This document shows positions 54,601 to 64,000 of a stretch of 64,000 nucleotides of DNA, piece by piece (position 1 is the first letter of the stretch; every line of letters starts with the position of its first letter). A program made the translations under genes and the position numbers. The notes beneath the pieces were generated by a model, which did no database searches, was not told where the DNA came from, and saw nothing but the letters and a program-made list of their open reading frames with translations. This DNA is from Ruditapes philippinarum. Its lineage: Eukaryota. The stretch is taken from positions 124,001 to 188,000 of the forward strand of contig NW_026866246.1 of the NCBI RefSeq assembly GCF_026571515.1, read 5' to 3'.

Positions 54601-57600
54601 TGAATATTGAATTCATAAAGCTGGTAATCTTAGAAAATCTTTGTATCATTCTTAATCTAAGTTTTCCTGTAATGTATTAAAGACTTAATGAGTGTAGCGG
54701 ACCAAACTATACCTTTATACCGTACAACGATTCCAACCCATCAAAAATCGACCATTTTCTTGTCGACGAGCAACTATTCAATGCAGTGAAAGACTGTCGC
54801 GTAATACATGATGCGCCTCTGAATATATCAAGACACTTACCGTTGTTTGTATGTCTAAGACTTGAATTCACACCGCATAATAATGTAACGTCGGAAGAAT
54901 TTTTGAAATTAAAATACATTTGGACCAAACCAAAAGAATGCAATCAATACAGAACAGTTTTAAAAGCAAACATTGATGGCGCTGAAATTGACTTTGCAAA
55001 CATTGATGAAGCATATGGCACCATTATCTCAGCAATGGCTTCGGCTGCTGAACAAACTCTTTCTACCCGGTTGTTTCGGCCAATGCTGAAACCTTATTGG
55101 TCCTGTACCCTGCGTGACCTACATAAAACGTTACGACTGCTACACTTTTCTTGGACCACTCATGGCAAACCGCGAGTAGGCGAAAGTTATAAACAGTATA
55201 AAAATGCAAAACGTGAGTTCCGTAAAAGCCTCCGAAAAGCAGCGAGGCAGTTTGAACGCGAAGAATTTGAAAGAATCGATAAGTTATATGAACTCGATCA
55301 ACAAGGCTTTTGGAAAGTTTTAAACTCCAACAAGTCTCTTAAGGATAAAAAGAAAGGCTGTGAAATAGTGTTCAATGGTAAAAGCGAGACAACTCTTGAT
55401 GGTATTCTAAACGGATGGAGTCAATATTTTTCAAGCCTGTATTCGTACTCAGACGACCCAAGTTTTGATAACGCATTTAAGCATTTAATAGAAAACTCAG
55501 TCGCGAACAGTATATCAAACTCAGCAGACAATACTGAAAATATAAATTACACAAACTTTCACGAGGTAACGTTCCGAGAGATTTCTGAAGTTATTAATGC
55601 TCTTCCTAACAACAAAAGTGCCTCCATTGATAATGTGACGTATGAACACTTGAAGTATGGCGGTGAAACATTAATCAACGCATTATTACAGCTTTTTAAT
55701 AAGATCATAGAAAGAGAATACTTACCTGTGAAATTTAAAACTGGTCTCACTGTAACTTTGCATAAAGGAAAAGGGAAATCCTTTAAAGACCCTAAAAACT
55801 ACAGAGCAATATCATTATTTCCGGTTGTGTCAAAAGTATTTGAAAAGATTATTTTGAATAGAATAGACTGTTTAGACATTGAATTAAATAACATGCAACA
55901 CAGGTTTCAAAAAGGCAAAAGTTGTAAAATGGTCTCGTTTCTTCTACAAGAGTCACGTGATTATTGCATTGAACGTGGTAGCCCATTGCAAGTATGTTTC
56001 CTTGACGCGAAATCTGCTTTTGACATGGTTTGGATATCGGGTTTAATATATAAACTTAACGAAATGGGCGTTCATGGAAAACTACTACGTATAATCAATT
56101 GCTCCCTTTGCGGCTCAAACAGCAAGGTTTTCCTAAATGGACACTTATCTGATACATTCCATATCATGCAAGGAACCAGGCAGGGAAGTATATGTGCACC
56201 ATTTTGCTACATCGTTTTTATAAACGAACTATTAAACGAATTACAAAACTCACAAAGCGGTTTCCGTATGAGTGAACTACCTCTTTCCGCTCCAACTCAG
56301 GCCGACGATATTGTCTTGCTTTCAACAAGTGGAGTTGATCTTCAAATCCTGTTAGATATAAGTCGAACATACGCAAATAAATGGCGGTATTCTTATAATC
56401 CCGACAAGTGTGCTACTATGACAATGAATAGAAAGAAATCACGTGTTTTGGCGCCAATAAAACTTTTATATGGTAGCTCGATTATATCAGATGTACCCAA
56501 TTATACACATCTCGGCATTGTGCAGTCATCAAATGGTAACTATCCCTTCGATATCGACGATGTTCGACATTCCATGAGAAGTACTTATTTCTCTTTGAAA
56601 AACTCAATCAGTGGCTGTGATGGTGTAAATCCACATATTATCGCAAGGTTGTTTCCAACCTGTATCCTTCCTAGATCATTATTTGCATGCGAACTTTGGA
56701 ATCCTCTAAAGCAGTCAGACATACAAAAACTCGAATGCACGTTCCATTTATGTCTGAAAAATGCGCAGGGTTTTCCACATTTCACTAGATCTGATATGGT
56801 AACGGGTATGCAAGGTCTCACCTCACTCGAGGCCTACATCGACCTCCAGAAACTCCTATTTTTAGGTACTTTGTGTAGGTTAAAATCAAGCGAAATAATT
56901 AGTAAAGTGTTCATAACAAGACTTATGCATGCTAAAACAAAAGTGACGATATCCTCATTAGGCTTTATTCCAGATGTCTTGAAATTATTGGACAAGTATA
57001 AACTGACTAATTATATTGAACAGTTTATAGAAAGTGGTTTATTCCCGGCAAAAGTAAAATGGAAAAAGTGTGTTAAATCAACAATACTACATTACGAGCA
57101 AAATCAATGGAAAGTACGCGTACAGAGAAACAATGACTTTCAACACTTTAGAGAGATTAATAGTGAATTGACTATGTCCAATGTATGGAGAGTAGCACAA
57201 GAAAGACCAGACTTACTGACTCTAATGCGATTTGTTGCGCAACTTAATTGTAAAGTTAAGCATGATCAATCTATAATTTGTCAAAAGTGTTTTAATGAAT
57301 GTACACATGAACTCTACCATCTGATGTTTTACTGTGAGGTGAACAAAGAACTAAAGAAAATGGCAACATTCTTTGATTGCCTAGACAATCAGTTCAATAG
57401 CACTCTTAGTAGATTTTTGCAGGCAATTCCTACAGAGATATTTATTACGTACACATTAGGATATGTAAATATCAATCTTATTAACGTATTATCCGCTGAT
57501 AAGTACCCAGATTTCATGGCCATATGTGCAAAGTTCTTGTTATCATTATTTAAATAAAGTAATTATTTGAATGAATTTATTACATAGACAAGAAAGAAAT

Positions 57601-60600
57601 GTAAAAGGAATGTTAAGAAAGTCACTATTTCATTTATATTTGTTAAAATTTCGATTTCGCATTTAACAATGTTTAAAAAATGTTAAATAATGTCTTGCAA
57701 AAGCTAAAGGAACTACTGACATTTTATGCATTTTTAACCTTTCTATATGTAAGGTTTGCTTTCAATGTCTATTAGATTCCGTCTTCTTCATTGTATGGTC
57801 CAAACGTTATGTACATGATAACTTAAAAAACGAAAAAAAAACACGTAAAAGCAAATAAATGTTAAATACATGTATGTATGCAGCTGAATGTGCTATTTTA
57901 GCGTAAGATGTTACATGTAGTTTTGTATCTTCTTGCACTAATATGATGTGCTGATATGATTAACGTCACTTCTCTTCAAATATTGTCTTATGTAATATAT
58001 ATAATTTTACATCTTTGAAATTGTTCTTTTTTGTATAATTATGATGCTTTTCTTTGCTTAATGTTGTTTCTTTTCATTGACTGTGTTATGTAATATGTAT
58101 ATCTTCGAACATTCGGAGGCAATAAAGATGTATATATAACATATACAAATGAATTACCTGAATATTTTACAGAATGTACTAGAAATGAAGAATTGTCGGA
58201 TTCTTCATGTATTTGCCTAACTTCCATAATTCAAATGTGATAAAAGGTTTTTTGATTATGAAGGTTGTTGTTACAGTTAGGGTTTTATTATTAACAGATT
58301 GGTGATCCATATCATTGGTTGAAGTGCTGTTAAAAATTGTTGTATTTTCAGCCCTTGACCCTTGGCCAAATCAATTGTTTTTGTTGGCACATCTGTTACC
58401 TCAGATAAAAATGAAAACCCTGGTTACAGTTATACACTTTAACTGCCCTATTCAGCCATAGTCACTGGCATAAATCAATCTGTGAGAGATCAGACCTAGA
58501 ATTTGAAATTATAAAAAGTCAGTCTAATGTAACATTTAATATAACATCCCTTAATCTTCTGCAGACAAAAGTGATAAGCTATACTTCCAGTATAGAGCCA
58601 CTTGAGTCAGCAAACTGACCATTTAGAATTCCTGATCTAGGCATGCCATGTTCATTATTTGGGAATATAAAAATGAACAAGAAAAATAAATTTGGGATTT
58701 AGAAATAAAAAAAAAAAAAGAAGAAAAAAATGGGAATTAGAAATGAACAAAAATAAATTTGGGAATAAAAATGAACAAGAGAAATAAATTTGGGAACATA
58801 GAAATGAAAAAGAGAAATAAATTTGGGAATTAGAAATATACAAAAGAAATAAATTTGGGAATTAGAAATGAACAAGAGAAATAAATTTGGGAATTAGAAA
58901 TGAACAAGAGAAATAAATTTGGGAACTAGAAATGAAAAAGAGAAATAAATTTGGGAATTAGAAATATACAAAAGAAATAAATTTGGGAATTAGAAATGAA
59001 CAAGAGAAATAAATTTGGGCATTAGAAATGAACAAGAGAAATAAATTTGGGAATTAGAAATGTACAAGAGAAATAAATTTGAGAATATAGAAATGAACAA
59101 GAGAAATAAATTTGAGAATATAGAAATGAACAAGAGAAAAAAAATTGAGAATATAGAAATGAATGAAATAAATTTGGGAATATAGAAATGAAAAAGGGAA
59201 ATAAGACTTTAGTTATTACAGAAATGTATTATGTATCTCCATGTGTTATGTATATTTGTTTCAGTATCATGAACTCCCTAGTGATTGTGCTGTTCCTGTC
59301 TGGTATGGTTGCTATGATTATGTTGAGGACATTGCACAAAGATATTGCTAGATATAACCAGATTGATAACTCTGTAAGTATATCTGTTCTTGACACATCT
59401 GTAAGCTATTTATCGATCATGCTAGAATACATTGAAAGAAGAATATATGTGAAAAAATAGCTTCAAAGTGACCATCAGTATATTTGCTATTGAGGGACTT
59501 CTATTCCTTTTATCTGAGTTATAGTTAAATCTGTATAGAGTGTTTACTCTAAAAAAGATCATCCTTTTGTTACTGTAAATAAATAGGTTCAAGTAAGTGT
59601 CTTTGTTCACATTACTGGCTTCTTGCACTGGCTTATTTTGATGTTATTTACAATGTTTTTGTTGAAGTTAACATAAAGCTATCCGAGATACTCATATATT
59701 GTATATCATGGCTGTCATTGTCCTCAGAATTTCATGTTTTGCTAATATCATTACAAAATAAGCATAGTGTTTATGCTTCTTAAGAAAAAACTGGGGGGGG
59801 GGGGGGAATAAAAATAAAAAAATAAAATGTAAACTTATCATATGTGTTGGTTACAGGAGGATGCCCAGGAAGAGTTTGGATGGAAGTTGGTGCACGGTGA
59901 TGCCTTCAGACCCCCTCGACGTGGAATGTTGCTTGCTGTGTTCAATGGCTGTGGTGTACAAATGTTCTTCATGACTTTGATAACTTTAAGTAAGTTTTGT
60001 AATTAAATGGAAATTATGTTAACATAGATTAATTTTGATAAAACTATTTGATGTGATCTCCTGGCTTGATAACTTTGCATTTGAATTCTTACCTCTCCTC
60101 ATTTGGATTCGTAACGTGGGAGTAGGCTTGTAAAAGATTTTTAAGGTTTATGCAGAAATATGTTGATCTGTTTGATATTAAATTTTCCGGAAAATGTTTG
60201 ATAATTTTAATCTGTGTTTTAACCAGTTAAACTTTTCAAATAGAATGCTTCCTGATTGACTGCTTAGATATGACCTAAGAAATGTGTTAAAATCTGCATG
60301 AAAAAAAAAACAACAAAAATTCTATCACTAAAGAAAATAAAAATCATCTTTTTCAAATGTTTCAGTTTTTGCATGTCTTGGATTTTTGTCACCCGCTAAT
60401 AGAGGAGCTTTGATGACTTGTGCCTTGGTATTATATGTCTGTCTGGGAACACCAGCTGGATATGTGTCTGCCAGATTGTACAAAAGTAAGATTTTATATA
60501 TCAAGAATTCATTGTAAGAAATAAACTTTTGTCAATTAAACAATAATTGAATCATAATTGGGATTTAAATTCATATTTTTAAAAAAAAAAACAGTCTTGA

Positions 60601-63600
60601 TATTAAACCTGGACATGTTTTGAGAATGTTTGTAAGTTTTGTAGTGTTATTGAATTAATGGATATGTTTTATACTCAATTATTTATATCTTTGTTATTTT
60701 CAGCTTTTGGAGGAGAAAAATGGAAGTCAAATGTTATCCTGACTGCCTTCTTATGCCCAGGGTAAGCTATTGCCTAAATAATTGTCAATTTTATTTTGGG
60801 ACACAACAGGAGTTTGACTTTCAACCCAGTGATTTTATATACTCACTTGGATCTAAAAAATATTTCATCATTTGAAACAAAGATGGACTAGATTCAGAAA
60901 GTTGGGATTTAAATTAAATAAGCTGAAAACATTCTTCATAATTCAGTTAGAAAATTAGACTTAAGAAAGGTAGAAGCAATGATCACTTGTACATAATACC
61001 TTTAAAAAGCTACCCTTATATCAGAATTTATACAGTTGACATGTTAATGTTAGTATTTTCATTAGTTAATATAGGACACAAGATGAGTCAATTACAGAAG
61101 AAATTACAAGGTAAAAATTAATAACCAACTAAATTTTGTGATTTCAGGGTAGTGTTTGCCCTGTTTTTCATATTGAACCTTGTTTTGTGGATTGAGGGAT
61201 CTAGCGCTGCTATTCCGTTCACCACCCTGCTTGCTCTACTCGCCCTCTGGTTTGGAATCTCTGTCCCACTTACATTTGTTGGAGCTTACTTTGGATTCAA
61301 GAAAAGGGTAAATATTGCTCGGATTTATGTATTGTTAAAAATAAACCTTATAAAACATAAGTTATTGAATGAAGTTTTTTTTTCTACAAAATATTACATT
61401 ACTCTTAATGGGATATTTTGAATTTCAGTAGACTTTAACTAGATTCAAATTTAAAGAAAGTTGGCAAAAATGTTACAGATCTTTTTTTCGTACTTAAATA
61501 AATTTTGATGTACCCTAGACAATTTTGGCATGTTTTCCTTCTTTGTTTTTGACTTGGGGGGGAAAAATGTATTGTGTATTTTTGATATCGTTTTTCTTAT
61601 TATCTGTATGTGTTTTTTTTTACTTTTTGAAAATAAGATGAAATTAGCAATATTTGTCCTGAAAAAAAAAAGAAATAATGAAATTGATGAACAAAACATT
61701 CAAGTTATAATGTAGATTTTGTTTTGGTGAAAAGAAGTAAAAGATATGATTAAATTTATGGCTAGAAAATTAACGTAAGTACCTATTTATTTTCAGGAGG
61801 TAAGCCATAGTCAGTATTATGAAATATGGGTTAATATTGTATATGTGTTGACCTTAAACTGAAAATGAATGATGTTAGGATGTGACACACATGCAGATAA
61901 TACAATTTATTCATATCCCAATATTGTAGTTTTAAGGTAGTTTTACATGTAGGAAGTGTTTATTTGCTAGTGTCCATATAATAATTAATTGTATCATAGT
62001 TTGGGGGTCTTTCTGTTGAAAATGTGTGTTAAATCGTATACATGTGCATGCACTAATGTTTTCAAGAATTTGAGAAGTTTTATATTGTTCAAGTAGTATG
62101 ATGAATAAAATTGTTTTATAGGAAAACTTTTGGATAATGATCAGACATGTAAAACTATCTTGTGGGAATAGAATTGCTAAGATATCAGTGTACAACAAAT
62201 AGACTATGGGTTTATAGTCGGTTCTAAAATGACCTTTCCTGTTTAAATTACAAGTACCTTGATATAAAATCATGTATGTTAGTATTTCAGAGGTTATTAC
62301 ACATATATAGAAATTGACTAATAATTATTTTGTTTCTTCTTTCACTCGGGCTAACTTATTTTAAGCTGTCATTTCTCATAGTAAAATAGAAACTTCATAT
62401 TTTTATTTAGAAAGGTCACTTTAGAATGTGCTATATTTATTAGTTGTATATAACTTTGGTTTAAGAATTTTGCATGATTAAAACCTTTAGACAAGTTGTA
62501 TTATGTGATTTTAATAATAGATATAATTACATTATAGTTTTAAGTTTTAAGATACTTGGTGGCAATACTTATACAAGTGATACCACATTTGGTTTTTGGA
62601 AGTTTAAAAAGACCAAAGTGATAAATCCACATAATAAGGAGGAAAGAGAGCTTTAAGTTTCCTGCTCCTGGAATGCTTCTTGATTATTTCATTGAAAATC
62701 TTGTGCATCATATTTTTGTGTTCTCTCCATTTGACTGTTGAACTACAATAATTATGCTTTACACAGCTTTTAAATTAAAATAAAAGTTTTATAAAGCTCT
62801 GTTAAAAGTATTGAACATGAATTTCTTACAATACTTTCAGCCTATTGAGCATCCAGTCAGGACAAACCAGATCCCAAGACAGATACCTGATCAGACCATC
62901 TACACTAAACCATTGCCTGGAATTGTCATGGGAGGAGTGCTTCCATTTGGATGTATCTTTATTCAACTTTTCTTCATCTTAAATAGTATTTGGTAAGGAA
63001 TTTTTATCTTAAGGATGAAATACATGTTAGACAGTGGTGGCCGAGTGGTTACGGTGCTCTGCCTCTCAACCCAGAGATTATGGGTTGGAGCCCTAATCGG
63101 GTCACAACCATGTTTCTTCATATGACACCAGTACTGGTTGGTTCCAGGAGGATTCAAAAAATTTATATTGCAGGAACTTGTTTTGCAATCTAGCCATTAA
63201 ATAAATATGTTTAAACTTATACATGTTGATAACTTTGTCCTTGGTGACTTTATTGTCAAGACTTAATTATGAATACTGAAGTGATTATGCCTTTTTTCAT
63301 TTGAAAAGTGAAAATTCCAAATAGGTTCAAACCTAGTCGGAGATAATCTGTGTTTCATTGAGCACCAAACTTTACATTAATTCATTCAAGGAACAGAATA
63401 ATGAGTTTATATAATGCTGCACATTTGTAACACTATTTTTCTTTGATTAAAAGTGAACTTTATATAAACTGTATATATTGCGGTTGTCATTTTATAAAGT
63501 AATTTCGTTTTTTTTCTCCAATAAAGGCAGTTTGGTGTATTATAAATTTTTATGAAGATTAATCTTGATATGACTGGTTTTGTGACCATATAGAACTGGT

Positions 63601-63843
63601 TGTTTACAATATAACCGTTTATATAGGACCATATAACCTATTTTAGGAACACACCTTGATACTAATTTATCTTCATGTTCTGTTGTAAATAAATTCTAGC
63701 CACACTAAATGATAATTGTGGTATATTTCAGGTCAGCACAGACTTACTATATGTTTGGATTTTTGTTCCTAGTGTTTGTTATACTCATTATTACATGTTC
63801 TGAAGCTACAATCTTACTATGTTACTTCCATCTGTGTGCAGAG
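39689..63843 (+). CDS. TM9SF2: Transmembrane 9 superfamily member 2 (nonaspanin/EMP70 family), exons 1-15; 3' exons beyond window
   Basis: Exons: 39689-39811, 41963-42030, 43871-43967, 44985-45112, 49460-49589, 49952-50094, 50489-50612, 53928-54007, 59265-59373, 59857-59989, 60366-60485, 60704-60761, 61148-61307, 62841-62992, 63732-63843. All GT-AG and phase-compatible. Signal peptide followed by FYLPGLAP; [14 protein letters not shown]; [12 protein letters not shown]; [12 protein letters not shown]; [52 protein letters not shown]; [15 protein letters not shown]; [12 protein letters not shown]; [16 protein letters not shown]. Confidence 0.95.
40182..40662. mobile_element. MULE-like MITE with subterminal (A)ACTCGGCCC repeats
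   Basis: Inverted subterminal repeats ctcggccc / gggccgag. Direct flanking duplication GTATTAAA(G) at 40174-40181 and 40663-40670. Confidence 0.8.
40981..41905. mobile_element. MULE-like MITE with subterminal GGTCAACTCGTCC repeats
   Basis: Five or six ggtcaactcgtcc units at left and inverted ggacgagttgacc units at right. 8-bp TSD GAAAATAT (40973-40980, 41906-41913). Confidence 0.85.
42503..43755 (+). mobile_element. Helentron-associated non-autonomous element (HINE/DTC84/pearl-like) with ~6 x ~166-bp tandem core repeats
   Basis: 5' tttttAGCTCACCTG, gtcac-aaa-gtgac hairpin, GTCY microsatellite, tandem core. 3' CAGGTGAGCG subterminal IR, gggcc-ttcat-ggccc hairpin, then tcttgtt. Confidence 0.88.
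43987..44720 (+). mobile_element. Old, degenerate HINE-like element(s)
   Basis: tttttagctcaactattcaaagaatag 5' motif, gaggtgaacttttgtgat motif, decayed core repeats and an aggcc...ggcct 3' hairpin. Confidence 0.45.
45284..45366 (+). mobile_element. 3' fragment of RUDI/MD-like SINE
   Basis: gcctgaaataatgca..aaggggcacct.aggtcttcctc...aaagct.gaaagt.gcc. Confidence 0.6.
45450..48180. mobile_element. Non-autonomous Tc1/mariner(pogo)-type DNA transposon, 2.7 kb
   Basis: Perfect 24-bp TIR CAGTACAGCTCGCGCGGAATGTAC, TA on both flanks (45448-49, 48181-82), subterminal CGCGGAG repeats. No recognisable transposase ORF. Confidence 0.9.
50584..50677. repeat. 47-bp tandem duplication spanning the TM9SF2 exon 7 splice donor
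   Basis: tcagatatacatactctgtcaagtggcaggtaatt[t/c]atacagtactt twice, with one mismatch. Confidence 0.95.
50763..51700 (+). mobile_element. Second HINE-like family with ~156-bp tandem core repeats
   Basis: Subterminal IR tgtgtcgccttg / caaggcgacaca, (GTCGGC)n tract, about 5 core repeats, 3' hairpin aactc-gcg-gagtt followed by ctagtt. Confidence 0.85.
52203..53900 (+). mobile_element. HINE-like element, same family as 42503-43755, with ~9 core repeats
   Basis: Same terminal structures (AGCTCACCTG...CAGGTGAGCG, gggcc-atcat-ggccc-tcttgtt) and the same ~165-bp core unit. Confidence 0.9.
54690..58147 (+). mobile_element. Young 5'-truncated LINE in TM9SF2 intron 8 with uninterrupted ORF2 (end of EN, RT, C-terminal Cys/His region)
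   Basis: The frame is open from ~54680 to 57557. Motifs YTF...SKIDHFL (EN C-terminus), [63 protein letters not shown]. About 570-nt 3'UTR with AATAAA at 58121-58126. Confidence 0.93.
58655..59200. repeat. ~32-bp minisatellite, ~16 copies, just upstream of TM9SF2 exon 9
   Basis: Unit aaataaatttgggaattagaaatgaacaagag with variants. Confidence 0.92.
63030..63215 (+). mobile_element. tRNA-derived SINE in TM9SF2 intron 14
   Basis: A box TGGCCGAGTGG, B-box-like GGGTTGGAGCCC, body ccatg..tc.tcatatgacaccagtactggttggttccagga, and an A-rich 3' end. Confidence 0.7.
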
Positions 63844-64000
63844 GTAAGTTTACCTCAATATTATATAACAAATTCTGATTCATTCACCTTTGTTAACTGA
63901 TAACTCTATATAAATATTTACCTTAGTCTATTGTTACAGTCTTGCAAAGACATTGTTGATATTTGAAGATTTTAAAGTTCCTTAAACAGTGTTAAATATT

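Noticed and set aside
63030-63105. Possible tRNA genes here and at 5405, 24350, 24845
   Set aside because: A/B boxes are present but there is no cloverleaf or acceptor stem, and they continue into repeat bodies; SINE-type.

Overview
AT-rich eukaryotic genomic DNA with GT-AG introns. The repeat families suggest a bivalve mollusc (inference). Conserved genes: the large last coding exon of PIGZ (GPI mannosyltransferase 4, +, 1032-2911) and the first 15 coding exons of TM9SF2 (+, 39689-63843, continues beyond the window). Between them lies a tandem pair of multi-exon, minus-strand paralogues that the ORF track shows only as fragments. I reconstructed them by hand from splice sites: gene A 6011-9416 (5 exons, about 269 aa) and gene B 21216-25383 (4 exons resolved). 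They encode secreted, Cys-patterned proteins with conserved N-glycosylation sequons that I cannot assign to a named family. Their divergence is mosaic, and gene B has a frameshifted leader whose stop codon overlaps a second ATG (TGATG). A possible decayed intronless third relative lies near 31.8-32.5 kb. The rest is a dense set of transposons: three LINE ORF2 copies (one with a 923-aa open frame), a decayed Tc1, a 3.1-kb IS3EU-like foldback with nested palindromes, MULE-like and Tc1/pogo-like non-autonomous elements with TSDs, Helentron/HINE-like elements carrying tandem arrays, tRNA-derived SINEs and minisatellites. No CRISPR, rRNA or genuine tRNA genes were seen.
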